64,000 nt of DNA from positions 32,001-96,000 of IMG/VR virus record IMGVR_UViG_3300037466_003065; one strand, 5' to 3'. Positions 1-10,029 of the stretch are shown piece after piece. The DNA comes from a virus. The notes beneath the pieces were generated by a model, which made no database searches, was not told the origin of the DNA, and worked only from the letters and a program-made list of their open reading frames with translations. Every line of letters starts with the position of its first letter. The first letter of the stretch is position 1. Both the position numbers and the translations under genes were made by a program.

Positions 1-1
1 C

Positions 2-1780
2 GGCAGCGACCGCCCGATCCCCCACACCGAGCAGTTGAGCAACAGCTTCGTGCGGGCTTGGCCCGACATCTTCTACCCCACCACTCACTCCTACCCGACG
101 CTCGCCAACGGCGACATCGACGAGGCGGCCGCGATCGCCATGAACGGCATTTCCGACGCCAGTCACGACGCCGTCCAGCTCGTCAACCGACAGGTGTCGC
201 CGTTCGACCTGATCGTCTCCTACGACTCGGAGGGCCGCCCGGTCACTACGAACTGGACGACGAACGGGACGAAGGACTACGGGCACATGCTCAGCTCGAA
301 CGCCACGCAGCTCACGAGCTGGGCCCTGAACAACGACGGGTACGGGGACATCAAGCTGGAGTTCGAATACTTCTACCTCGACGGCGGGGTGTGGGGGCCG
401 CCGTACAACCCGGTGGCACCGCGCCGCGGCGACTACCTAGGCGTGTACGACGCGACCGATCCGGACGCGATGGAGACCTACGTCGACTCGCTCGGCCGCA
501 CGCGGTGGCGGCTGAAGAACGCGGCCGTCCTGCGGGAGTTGGCCGCCTACGCCGGCTCCGGGCACGACGTGTATGACCTCAAGACGGGCGCCCGAATGAA
601 CTCCGGGGCGACCGGCTCGTTCACCACGCCGACGTTCACGGCCGTCGACCGGATCGTCCTGATCCTGTACACCGACGCCGCCGGCGCCGCGAGCGGGTTC
701 AAACTCAAGTCGGGCCCCCGGCACCCCCTGGTGTGGACGAACTTCGACGTCGACCCGGCCAACGGACAGCTCTGGATCCACAAGAGCACCAACTACGCGA
801 CGACGGCGGGCAGTGCGGACACGACCCAGAAGATCATGATTTACGACTACTTCGACGCCGTCCTCTCGTACGACTACGAGACCGGCGACGTGATCTTCGA
901 CACCGACAAGACGGGGAGCACGGTCACCGTCGACGTGTCCTACTGGGCCAGCGACACGCCGACGTCCCGCACGTGGCTCGCGGGCAACGACGACCTGATC
1001 GACTACGAGGACGCCAGCGTCTTCGTCGCCCCGACCGGCACGTCCACGATCACCGCCGGCATGCGGACGGACACCTACGAGACGGACGGCGACGGCCGCG
1101 TCGTCCAGCACGGCACGTGGGACAAGGATCGCGGCGTGTTCGAGTTCGACGCCGGCTACGTTCCGGGCACCGGCAAGCGGGTGTTCAGCGAGTACAACTT
1201 CCACACCTACCTCCGACTCACCCCCGACGACCACGGCGACCTCGAGTGGGAAGACCCGGTGATCGTCGCCGACAACACGCCCGCGTACCGCGACTACACG
1301 TTCGCCGACGTGAAGATCACGAACGAAGGGTCGGCGATGCTGGAGAACGGGTTCCTGAAGTTCGTCGCCCGCGGGTACAAGAGCACGAACGACGGCCAGG
1401 CCATCCCGGGCGCCGACGGGATCATCGACTCCGTGCTCGACATCAACCGCCCGTGGGACGTGCAGAAGGGGACGGCCGACGAGACGTACAACAAGATGGC
1501 CATGGCCATCCTGCCCGACTACATCTGGCCCCCGAGCCTCGCCAAGAACAACGACGGCGGCGGGTACAGCGGCGACGACTACTACAACAAGACCGCGCAG
1601 GGCATCCTGAGCCAGTGGAAGACGAAGAGCTTCGGCACGCTCGCGGCACGCACGTTCATGTTCGGCCGGGCGGTCTGGGTGCTCGGCGGCGAGGGCGGCA
1701 CGAACTACCCGGCCACTACGGCCGGCGAGAAGCGGTGCTCGATCGAGGTCAGCGGCCAGTTCTACAACCAGACGATCTAG
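2..1780 (+). CDS. Probable virion structural protein with CUB-like domain; 5' end truncated (frame open to window edge)
   Basis: Frame is stop-free from nt 2. Contains IKLEFEYFYLD...GDYLGVYDA...IVLILYTDAAGAASGFKL, matching the CUB pattern. Thr/Asp/Gly-rich like structural proteins. Confidence 0.75.
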   Translation, partial: GSDRPIPHTEQLSNSFVRAWPDIFYPTTHSYPTLANGDIDEAAAIAMNGISDASHDAVQLVNRQVSPFDLIVSYDSEGRPVTTNWTTNGTKDYGHMLSSNATQLTSWALNNDGYGDIKLEFEYFYLDGGVWGPPYNPVAPRRGDYLGVYDATDPDAMETYVDSLGRTRWRLKNAAVLRELAAYAGSGHDVYDLKTGARMNSGATGSFTTPTFTAVDRIVLILYTDAAGAASGFKLKSGPRHPLVWTNFDVDPANGQLWIHKSTNYATTAGSADTTQKIMIYDYFDAVLSYDYETGDVIFDTDKTGSTVTVDVSYWASDTPTSRTWLAGNDDLIDYEDASVFVAPTGTSTITAGMRTDTYETDGDGRVVQHGTWDKDRGVFEFDAGYVPGTGKRVFSEYNFHTYLRLTPDDHGDLEWEDPVIVADNTPAYRDYTFADVKITNEGSAMLENGFLKFVARGYKSTNDGQAIPGADGIIDSVLDINRPWDVQKGTADETYNKMAMAILPDYIWPPSLAKNNDGGGYSGDDYYNKTAQGILSQWKTKSFGTLAARTFMFGRAVWVLGGEGGTNYPATTAGEKRCSIEVSGQFYNQTI

Positions 1781-1789
1781 GAGTAGGAC

Positions 1790-4700
1790 ATGGGCCTCAC
1801 CATCGACAGTGTCGCTCCCTCGACGAGCGGCACGCTGGGCGACTACGACATCACGTTCACGGTGTCCGGGCCGGCGTCGAGTCTGTACTCGCTCGGCCTC
1901 TCGTTCACGACCAGCGTCAACTTCTCGAAGACGCCGTTGTTCCTGACCGACTCGGCCGCCAAGGTGCCGCCGGGCACCCATGTCGTGACATGGCGAACGG
2001 TCGCCCTCGCCGGCGTCGACGCGGTCATCCCGACGCCCGACCAGATCGGCCGCAACACGGCCGACGTCCTGATCTACGGGTCGCTCAACATCGACGGCGT
2101 CACGCAGGCCGACGTCACGTTCGGGCCGTACCACGTCGACAACACCGCGTCCCCGACCCCCACGGGCGGGGGCAGCAACAACACGTTCAAGTTCCCGGTC
2201 GGCGGCTGGGCCCACCCGGCCGTCCTGCCCGTCGCGTTCGACGAGAAGAACCCGCCAGTCGCCGGCGAGATCACGATCGTCATTCCCGACAAGGTCAGCG
2301 ACCTCTCGCCGGTGCGGTGCGAGCCGTTCGTCTACTGGCGGGCGTACAGCGAGGGCATCATCGAGCCGTCGTCAGGCAGCGGCGTCCGACCCGGATCCGA
2401 CGCGGGGTACGGCCAGTACCCGGCACAGGGGCCGAACAACACCAACGTCCGCGGCCTGTCCTGGCCCGCCCCGATCGCGAAGGACAACGTCGCCAACGGG
2501 AAGCGGTGGGACGACTGGGTGTTCGACCTCGACGGCGCCTACGAGCTCGCCATCCTGACTACCAACCAGCGGTGGATGTTTCGCGTGCCCCGCGACGACG
2601 GCCGCGACACCACGCTGCCGATCCCACTGACCAGCCACGAGCTGATGCGGGGGCAGTATCTGAAGGGGTACGTCGACAAGGACGGCACGACCAAGGAGTA
2701 CCCGGACGGATACGACTGGAACCTGCGGCCCGCCTGGCACCGCGGCCGCGAGGTGTGGGACACGGGCGACGCGTGGATCCAGGTCGCCACGTTCGAGCTC
2801 GTCGACTACATGGTCTGCGACACGTGCCACGGCCGCGGGTGGGTGGTGTCCGGCACGTCGGCCCCGTACGACCGCGTCGGGTGCCCCAACCCCACGTGCG
2901 ACAACGGGAGCGACAAGGGCAAGCCGTACCGCGAGCAGGTCTGGAACCCGAACATCCTGCAGTACGTGTGGTACATGCGGACGCGGCACATCCTGCGGCC
3001 CGTGTGGCACCGCCTGAGCCGGTGGATGGACGACAACCCGCTGTCGCCCCGCCGCCGGGACGGCTTCCCGATCACCGGCCAATTCGCGCTCGACCGAACG
3101 CAGTTCATCATGGGCGACAAGGTCAGCGACCTCGACGCCGTCCTCGCCGGCAACGGCGACATCTCCTACTACCTGCTCCAGACGCGGCACGGCACGACCC
3201 GGCGACTGCCGGCCGACACCGAGGTGGACTGGCCGATCGTCCGCTCCAACAACACGCCGGCGCCGGTGCGTCAGGCGGGCCAGTGGGCGGGCGTGGCGGG
3301 CGACACGTTCGTTTCGCCGACGCTGGTGCAGGAGGACTTCGACCTCGCCTGGCCGGTCGCCGGCGAGCTGGCCGGCAACGTGAAGTTTAAGGACGTCGGG
3401 CCGGTCTCGGGGGAGGTCGGGCCGTCCAAGTCGCAGTTCCTCATGGGGCAGGCAGACCCCGACTCGCACCCGCTCATGGCCAACCGCATGCGGCCGACAC
3501 AGCCGGGGAGCCTGATGGTGGGCGGGGCCATCCCCAAGCTGGCCCTGACCCGCGACCTGTTGTTCCGGTTCTTGCAGGGGGTGTGGGACGCGTACAACAC
3601 GATCCATTTCCAGTACACCGAGAGCGACACGACCTGGCTGCACATGCAGTTCGCCCAGTTCTTCCCGGACAACTCGCACACCGACTGGCAGGACGTGCGG
3701 GCCGACAACGCCGTCTTCGACAAGGTCGCCGGCGTGTGGCTGGTTCCGCCCCACCAGTTCTGGGCCTACTGGGATACGCGGGACGCCGCCCAGTTCCCCG
3801 AGGGCGGCACGTTCCGCCTCCGCATGCGGCAGTACAGCAAGCCGGCCGACGAGCCGGCGTCGTTCGGGCAGTTCGTCGTCTCGACCCCGTTCGTGCTCGC
3901 GCACGGCGTGGCCAACCCGATCAGCATTCTGAAGGTCGAGTACGAGAAGTGGAGCCACACGGTCGGCATTACGTACCGGGCCGACGATTCTCAGGCCGAC
4001 GCCTACACACTTACCCGCTTCTGGTACAGCGTCGACGACGGCGCGACGTGGCAGGAGATCTCCAAGGGCGACATCGCCGGCGAGACCGTCTACGTTTCTG
4101 CCGCCCCCGGATCGAACCTACACCAGATCACGTGGTTCGCGGGCCACTACCCGGTCACCGCGGGCAACGACTACCGGATCAAGATCGAGGCGGTGCCGAG
4201 CAAGTTCCTCGACGACATGGTGATCCCGTTCCTGAAGTGGCTGGCGCCGCGGAACCCGTACATCGACGACGCCGAGCAGGAGCTGACGACGTACCTCGGG
4301 ACGGTGCACACCCAGACGTTCAACGCCACGACGGGCCGGTGGGAGGCGTCGCCACCGTACCGCACCCCGGGCCAGATCGACACGCTGGAGGCCGAGCTGC
4401 TGCGGGTCAAGAACCACCCGGACGGCGGGCCGAACTGGTTCAACTTCTTCACCCTCTCCGGCGGCGTGTACACGCTGACCGACCCGGCCGGCTACAACGC
4501 GTGGCTGCTGACAGCGTACGCCTCCGGCGAGACGCACGGCAACGCGATGGCCCGGGTGAACACCCAGCTCGCGGACATCCTGAACAACAAGCTCCCGGCC
4601 GCACAGGACACGATCGCGGCCGGCGAGCGGGCGATCCGCAAGCGGCTGATCGACCAGGGGTACTACGCCGAGGATCACTTCGTCAACGGGCACGAGGCCG

Positions 4701-6631
4701 TGTTCGCCCCCGTCGTCGCCAACCGGTCGGGTGAGGCGTTCCCCAACCAGAACATCGAGCGGTGGTGGAACTTCCGCGTCCAGAACGCGGCCACCGGGGG
4801 GACGCGGGTGTTCAACGACTCCGGCCTGTACGACCCGCAGGAGATTACGACGCTGGAGCAGGTCTTCTACCGCGTCCAGATGGATCGCCTGCCGACGTTC
4901 GACTCCCAGACGGACGGACGGCCGCTCCGCGACTTCTTCTACGACCACACTGGCGCCCGCATCGGGCAGGCGACGTTCTTCGGCGGCCAGTCCACCCCGC
5001 CCCCGGCCACGGCCGACGCGACCCAGGCGGCCCGTGACCAGGCCAACGCCCCGGCGAACCAGCAGCAGGCTGGCGACGCGTCGACCCCGACCGCCCCGTC
5101 CGACCCCGAGCAGCCCGTCGTCGTCGGCGGGGCCCTGAAGATCCTGCCCCAACTCCTGCCGGGCGAGCAGGGCGGCGACCAGCTCGCGGCCGGCGACACC
5201 GAGTTCGACGGCGACTACCAGTGGCGAGTGGCGGCGTACAACTACATCTTCGACGCCATGCCGTTCCTGCCCCGGCCCACGGTCGACGCCCTCGCGTGGA
5301 GCGCGGACGGCCTCACGCTGACCGTGAACTATACGGCCAAGGCCCACGCCGGCGTCCAGACCTCGTCGATCGCCAACGACGGCGCCGGCAACGTCTACGG
5401 CGTGCGGGTCAGCAAGGCGTTCCTCGACACCCCGACGTGGGACGGCCCCTGGTTCGTCAACTTCGTCTCGGACAACCGGGCGGCCATCACCGAGCCGTCC
5501 CGGCAGCAGAACGGCATCCCGTGGACGCCCACGGGCAAGGATCGCCCCCAGCCCTTCTGTATGTACGACGAGCGGATCCAGCAGTACGTGATCATGACGA
5601 CGAAGAAGAGCTTCGACGGCACGTTCCGGCTGGTCACCTCGCGGGCCGCCTCGCTCCCCAAGGCGTGCGAGTACGACACGCTCTTCACGGGCGAGCAGGC
5701 GGCCGGCATCTTCGGGGCCATGATGCTGGTCGTGAACGGCACGTACCTCCTGTTCGCGACCGTCGCCCCCACGAGCGGCCCCGCCTACGTCGCGGTCAGC
5801 TCGAGCGCGGACGGGGAGACCTGGGGCCCGCTCGTCCCGTGCGCCGGTATCGTCGGAAGCCTCCCGTGGGTTTGCTACGACGGCGGCGTTTACCACATGT
5901 GGTACCAGCGGACGGCGGGCAACACCGCCGTGTACTATGCGACCTCAACGGACACCCAGACGTGGACGCCCCAGAACAGCGACGCCCCCGTTTACCAGCA
6001 GGCGGGCGACGTCGGCCGGCCCAGCGTGGTCAGGGTCAACGGGTCGTGGGCGATGTACCTGAACGACTTCGCGATCAACTCGATCATCAGCCTCGTCTCC
6101 GCGGACGGCGTCACCTGGAGCGGCCGCCGCGTCGAGCTGGGCGCCGTGTCCTACCTCGACGGCATTGGGTTCACGACCGCCCACCCGGTCAACGCCGCCG
6201 CCTACGTCGACGTGTACCAGGGCAACCCCGAGGTGTTCCTGATCCTCAACTATGTCCTGCCGGACAACAGCAGCGCCGTGTTCACGGCCCGGCTGGAGTC
6301 GCGAGACTGGCTCCCCCTGCGGTTCGGCGTCGTGCAGGCGGGGGCGAACCAACTCTTCTTCGTCCCCTTCTCGTCGGCCGGATCGACGCGGACGTTCACG
6401 GTCAACGCCGACCTCTACGGGTTCCAACAGACCGACCCGGTCAAGGTGCGGATCGACTTCCCGAAAACCGCCACGACGCCGGACAAGATGGAGTTTTATC
6501 GCCAGAGCGACTGGGTGACGATTACCAACAAGGAGGAGCTCGGGGCGTACATGAGTCCCCAGCCCTACCACTATTCCAGCAACCTTTTGAACTACCCCTA
6601 CCTGCGTCTGGGCACCAATGGCAACTCTTAA
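1790..6631 (+). CDS. 1613-aa probable virion/baseplate protein with Cys-rich Zn-finger-like segment and C-terminal beta-propeller (GH43/32/68-like) region
   Basis: RBS GGAG/AGGA upstream. CDTCHGRG...CPNPTC motif. C-terminal blades PWVCYDGGVYHMWY...YATSTDTQTW...RPSVVRVNGSWAMY...SADGVTW. Confidence 0.75.
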   Translation: MGLTIDSVAPSTSGTLGDYDITFTVSGPASSLYSLGLSFTTSVNFSKTPLFLTDSAAKVPPGTHVVTWRTVALAGVDAVIPTPDQIGRNTADVLIYGSLNIDGVTQADVTFGPYHVDNTASPTPTGGGSNNTFKFPVGGWAHPAVLPVAFDEKNPPVAGEITIVIPDKVSDLSPVRCEPFVYWRAYSEGIIEPSSGSGVRPGSDAGYGQYPAQGPNNTNVRGLSWPAPIAKDNVANGKRWDDWVFDLDGAYELAILTTNQRWMFRVPRDDGRDTTLPIPLTSHELMRGQYLKGYVDKDGTTKEYPDGYDWNLRPAWHRGREVWDTGDAWIQVATFELVDYMVCDTCHGRGWVVSGTSAPYDRVGCPNPTCDNGSDKGKPYREQVWNPNILQYVWYMRTRHILRPVWHRLSRWMDDNPLSPRRRDGFPITGQFALDRTQFIMGDKVSDLDAVLAGNGDISYYLLQTRHGTTRRLPADTEVDWPIVRSNNTPAPVRQAGQWAGVAGDTFVSPTLVQEDFDLAWPVAGELAGNVKFKDVGPVSGEVGPSKSQFLMGQADPDSHPLMANRMRPTQPGSLMVGGAIPKLALTRDLLFRFLQGVWDAYNTIHFQYTESDTTWLHMQFAQFFPDNSHTDWQDVRADNAVFDKVAGVWLVPPHQFWAYWDTRDAAQFPEGGTFRLRMRQYSKPADEPASFGQFVVSTPFVLAHGVANPISILKVEYEKWSHTVGITYRADDSQADAYTLTRFWYSVDDGATWQEISKGDIAGETVYVSAAPGSNLHQITWFAGHYPVTAGNDYRIKIEAVPSKFLDDMVIPFLKWLAPRNPYIDDAEQELTTYLGTVHTQTFNATTGRWEASPPYRTPGQIDTLEAELLRVKNHPDGGPNWFNFFTLSGGVYTLTDPAGYNAWLLTAYASGETHGNAMARVNTQLADILNNKLPAAQDTIAAGERAIRKRLIDQGYYAEDHFVNGHEAVFAPVVANRSGEAFPNQNIERWWNFRVQNAATGGTRVFNDSGLYDPQEITTLEQVFYRVQMDRLPTFDSQTDGRPLRDFFYDHTGARIGQATFFGGQSTPPPATADATQAARDQANAPANQQQAGDASTPTAPSDPEQPVVVGGALKILPQLLPGEQGGDQLAAGDTEFDGDYQWRVAAYNYIFDAMPFLPRPTVDALAWSADGLTLTVNYTAKAHAGVQTSSIANDGAGNVYGVRVSKAFLDTPTWDGPWFVNFVSDNRAAITEPSRQQNGIPWTPTGKDRPQPFCMYDERIQQYVIMTTKKSFDGTFRLVTSRAASLPKACEYDTLFTGEQAAGIFGAMMLVVNGTYLLFATVAPTSGPAYVAVSSSADGETWGPLVPCAGIVGSLPWVCYDGGVYHMWYQRTAGNTAVYYATSTDTQTWTPQNSDAPVYQQAGDVGRPSVVRVNGSWAMYLNDFAINSIISLVSADGVTWSGRRVELGAVSYLDGIGFTTAHPVNAAAYVDVYQGNPEVFLILNYVLPDNSSAVFTARLESRDWLPLRFGVVQAGANQLFFVPFSSAGSTRTFTVNADLYGFQQTDPVKVRIDFPKTATTPDKMEFYRQSDWVTITNKEELGAYMSPQPYHYSSNLLNYPYLRLGTNGNS

Positions 6632-7010
6632 CGCGACGGCGACCGGCATCAGCCCCACGTTCCCGATCACGAACGAGGAGCTGCAGCTCGACTACAACAC
6701 GAGCGTTACGAAGATCGACATCGACGGCGTGCAGCCGCCCACGTTCGGCCCGGACGGCGGGTACAGCCGCGCGATGGATCTGAGAAATCTATGGTTTCCT
6801 TGGATTGACGAACCGATTGTGCCGGCCCGGTTCGACGGCGTGTGCTTTTACCTCGGCGCCGTGTCAAATCGTCCGACCTTCATCAAGGATTACCTCTCCA
6901 TCTCCCTGATGCGTGCCACGGATTACATTCTGGAACCCGTGTATCAGGGGATGCTTAGGGCTACGGTCGATGGGGTAATACCTATTCCTCCCCCCAGCGA
7001 TTCCGAGTGA
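6618..7010 (+). CDS. Hypothetical protein (130 aa)
   Basis: Overlaps the end of the upstream gene by 14 nt, same strand, plausible composition. Confidence 0.65.
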   Translation: MATLNATATGISPTFPITNEELQLDYNTSVTKIDIDGVQPPTFGPDGGYSRAMDLRNLWFPWIDEPIVPARFDGVCFYLGAVSNRPTFIKDYLSISLMRATDYILEPVYQGMLRATVDGVIPIPPPSDSE

Positions 7011-7045
7011 CAAATTAGCCGAAGATATGCGCGGAGGCTGTCACT

Positions 7046-7522
7046 ATGGCTGAGCGTGTATCCACTGCGAATCGCGTGCTGACCTGGCTCAGTATCTCCA
7101 TTGGTGCGATCGGCTTGCTGGCCACCATGGGGAACATCTGGATCTACAAGGATCGGCAGGACACTTTGCGGACGGACTTCGATAAGCTGAAGGCCGACCA
7201 CGACACCAAGAACCAGACCTTCTCGATGAACGACACGATCTTCGCGTCGTTCATGGAACAACAGCGGGCCCTGAACGGCAAGGTCGAACGCCACCTCGAG
7301 GACAAGAACATCCACGTCACCGAGGAGCAGATGCGGAACCTGGTCACCGCCCAGCTCGGCCCCATCACCAGCAGCGTGGGCAAGGTGGAGGCGACCGTCT
7401 CGGCGCAGGGTGAAGCCATCAAGCGGATCGAGGGCACGACCGACAAGGTACTGCAGCTCCTGCAGCAGCAGATCCTCCAGCCGCCCACCCGCAAGACCGC
7501 GGTCGAGCAGGCTTCGAACTAG
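7046..7522 (+). CDS. Membrane-anchored coiled-coil protein (holin- or spanin-like, uncertain)
   Basis: RBS GGAGG. Hydrophobic LTWLSISIGAIGLLATMGNIWIY followed by a helical, heptad-like region. Confidence 0.65.
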   Translation: MAERVSTANRVLTWLSISIGAIGLLATMGNIWIYKDRQDTLRTDFDKLKADHDTKNQTFSMNDTIFASFMEQQRALNGKVERHLEDKNIHVTEEQMRNLVTAQLGPITSSVGKVEATVSAQGEAIKRIEGTTDKVLQLLQQQILQPPTRKTAVEQASN

Positions 7523-7555
7523 CGGCCCGTCCAACCCAAAGCCGATAAGAGCCCC

Positions 7556-8881
7556 ATGGCAGCGATTAAAGGCCAGGGGCTTTCTTATTTCCCCCTCTAC
7601 TGGTGCCACCATGACCAGTGGATGTTCTATGTCCCGAATCCCTTCGGTAACCTGAACTACCACCACCACGGCCACACGCACTTCTTCATGCTGGGCCTGG
7701 ACTTCAACGCCCCGGGCGCCGACGCCTTCTCCGGACACCAGACGTACGACTTCCGCCTCGATGACATCTGGGGCCCGCGGAGCGGCGATCCGAACCAGGC
7801 CGAGCCGTACCGCGTGATCGGCACCCCGAAGTGGAAGTTCCACATCCAGGAGGTGTGGCGGCGGGTGTACGTGCAGCCGTGGGATCTGAAGGTGGGCAAC
7901 GCCTCCAGCTTCCTACAGCAGCGTGGCGTAAAGTGGGACGCCTCGCCCGCGGACAAGATCCTCGGCCCGTTCCGCGAGACGCTGGGGTACGCCCCGGTGT
8001 ACGTGCAGAACGCCCGCACGCTCCCGCTCGAATACTTCAACCGCGAGACCAAGGGTCGCAAGGAGCGGGACAACTACGTGATGTCCAAGGCCCAGCAGAT
8101 GATCGCCGAGTGGAACGCCAGCCCGCTGGGTGCCCGCTTCCCCAAGACGTTCGACCCGCAGACCTGGAACCTCGACCACGGAAACTACGTCGACTACAAC
8201 ACGCCGCCCGGCCGCCCCTCGTTCCCCGACGCCCTGTACATCTACCCGATCATCGAGTACCAGACGGTCACCCAGCTCGACTGGGAGCGGCTGCCCGGCT
8301 ACGAGGCGGCCCACGACATCGACGCTGACAACTTCGGCGACGGCTGGACGCAGCAGATCCAGATCCCCTTCAAGAACCCGGTCACCGGCAAGTACAACAG
8401 CCCGTTCGGCCCCCAGCCCGGCGTCTGCAAGCCGGTCGGGGAATACTTCGGGGTCAAGACCAACGGCGACCCGCTCGTCCCGCTGGCCAGCCGGCCGAAG
8501 CATCGAAAGCGAAACGGGCCGCCGCCCGACCCCGACCACGTCCCGCCCTACTACCCGGAAGGGAACGACTTCCACTGCGAGCCGTTCAGCCTGCCCGCCT
8601 TCGACCCCGCCGACCCGGCATGGCAGGGTGTGGACGGCGGGCCGGTCACCGGAGACACGCGGGACAACCTCTCGGAGCAGCCCGTCACGTTCCACGATCC
8701 GCACGGCGTGAACGACGGGAAATGGGTTCAGCAGTGCCTCGGCGGCATCGTGCAGGCCCAGGCGATCGTCACGATCGAGCACAAGCTGGGCGGCCGGCGG
8801 GACGTGGTGGTTTCGGCTACGCAGTACCTGCCCACGACGGCTTTCGAAGGCGCCGACCAACTCATGCCGGCAAACCCGTAG
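7556..8881 (+). CDS. Hypothetical protein (441 aa, Pro/aromatic-rich)
   Basis: Long ORF in the expected GC3-rich frame; no motif recognised. Confidence 0.7.
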   Translation: MAAIKGQGLSYFPLYWCHHDQWMFYVPNPFGNLNYHHHGHTHFFMLGLDFNAPGADAFSGHQTYDFRLDDIWGPRSGDPNQAEPYRVIGTPKWKFHIQEVWRRVYVQPWDLKVGNASSFLQQRGVKWDASPADKILGPFRETLGYAPVYVQNARTLPLEYFNRETKGRKERDNYVMSKAQQMIAEWNASPLGARFPKTFDPQTWNLDHGNYVDYNTPPGRPSFPDALYIYPIIEYQTVTQLDWERLPGYEAAHDIDADNFGDGWTQQIQIPFKNPVTGKYNSPFGPQPGVCKPVGEYFGVKTNGDPLVPLASRPKHRKRNGPPPDPDHVPPYYPEGNDFHCEPFSLPAFDPADPAWQGVDGGPVTGDTRDNLSEQPVTFHDPHGVNDGKWVQQCLGGIVQAQAIVTIEHKLGGRRDVVVSATQYLPTTAFEGADQLMPANP

Positions 8882-8905
8882 GTCGATTGAAGGAAGGGAG
8901 TACCC

Positions 8906-9379
8906 ATGATTCGAATCGGATCCCCAGTCACGCAGACGAACCAAGACCTGACCGTCTCGTCGGTGGTTCTCGCAACGGTGGCCGCCCCGGCAACGGGCAC
9001 CATGCGGTACCTCGTCCGCGCGGTGCTCTCCAACCTTCCCTCCAACTACAGCCTCCTGATCACGGAGGGGTACGCCGCCGGCACCTACGTGAACCCGCCG
9101 CTGATCGGCGGTGGCGGGATCCGCCTGGTGCAGATCGAGGTCGTGCTGACGGCGGGGGACGCCAGCGTCCCGATTACGATCATCGACCAGGACGGCGCGG
9201 CGAACGCCGTCTCGTGGACGGTCGAGGTGTTCACGGACGACTCCTCGGCGTCCAACGTGCCCGCCGACCTGGGCGCCCGCCTCGACACGATCGACAAGCG
9301 GCTGTTCGCCACCATGATGCGTTCGTACGGCGTCTCCTCGAAGGCCGACCTGATCGCAATTGCCAACCTGCTGCCCTAA
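8906..9379 (+). CDS. Hypothetical, probably structural protein (157 aa)
   Basis: RBS AAGGGAG. Beta-rich. TAATG coupling to the next gene. Confidence 0.7.
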   Translation: MIRIGSPVTQTNQDLTVSSVVLATVAAPATGTMRYLVRAVLSNLPSNYSLLITEGYAAGTYVNPPLIGGGGIRLVQIEVVLTAGDASVPITIIDQDGAANAVSWTVEVFTDDSSASNVPADLGARLDTIDKRLFATMMRSYGVSSKADLIAIANLLP

Positions 9380-10029
9380 TGCCGACCCCTCCGGACAACT
9401 GGATGGACACGCTGGGGGACGGGGTCAAGGTCTTCGTCCTCGACGCCGGCCTGATCGCCACCCCCTTCGTGTCGCCGGCCGAGGTCAAGACGTTCACGGC
9501 GACCGACACCACCGACCTCCGCGGGCACGGCACCCGGATGGCCGAGATCATCGCGTCGCGAGACCCCGGCGACTTGGGCATCGCCCCGGAGTGCGACCTG
9601 TACATCGCCAAGGTCGTTGAGGTCGGGCAGGGTACGTCGCCGATCGTCCGGGCCCTGCGGTGGGCCAAGAACGCCGGCGCCCAGGTCGTCTCCATGTCGT
9701 TCGCCTACCGAACGCCCGACCCCGACGTCGACCAAGCCCTCGCCGAGCTGGATGCCGCCGGCTGCATCTGCCTTGCCGCCTACAACGCCGCCCTGCCGTA
9801 TCCGGCCGCCTGCGAACACGTCGTCTCGTGCGGCACGCTGGAGAGCGATGCGGACGCCGACGCGCTCACGGTCGGCGAGGTGACGAAAAGAACCCCGGCT
9901 GGGCCGCTCAGGCCCTACCGGGGTTCCTCCATCTCCACCGCCGTCCTTGCCGGGATCGCGGCCTGCGCCAAGTCGTTTCAGCCGTCGCTCACGCGGTCGC
10001 AGTTCCTCGCCGCCCTAGCCGCAGGCTGA
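9379..10029 (+). CDS. Subtilisin-like serine peptidase (S8 family), 216 aa
   Basis: ATG at 9379 overlaps the upstream TAA. Catalytic-triad motifs VFVLDAG (D), GHGTRMAEII (H), RGSSISTAVLAG (S), oxyanion AAYN. The track ORF 8620..10029 is over-extended. Confidence 0.85.
   Translation: MPTPPDNWMDTLGDGVKVFVLDAGLIATPFVSPAEVKTFTATDTTDLRGHGTRMAEIIASRDPGDLGIAPECDLYIAKVVEVGQGTSPIVRALRWAKNAGAQVVSMSFAYRTPDPDVDQALAELDAAGCICLAAYNAALPYPAACEHVVSCGTLESDADADALTVGEVTKRTPAGPLRPYRGSSISTAVLAGIAACAKSFQPSLTRSQFLAALAAG

Noticed and set aside
437-8944. Long alternative-frame and antisense ORFs (e.g. 437..2215-, 733..3390+, 2372..3958-, 4118..5896-, 7913..8944-; similar ones throughout)
   Set aside because: Arg/Gly/Pro-rich shadow frames expected in high-GC DNA; they lie opposite or out of frame to well-supported genes and have no motifs.
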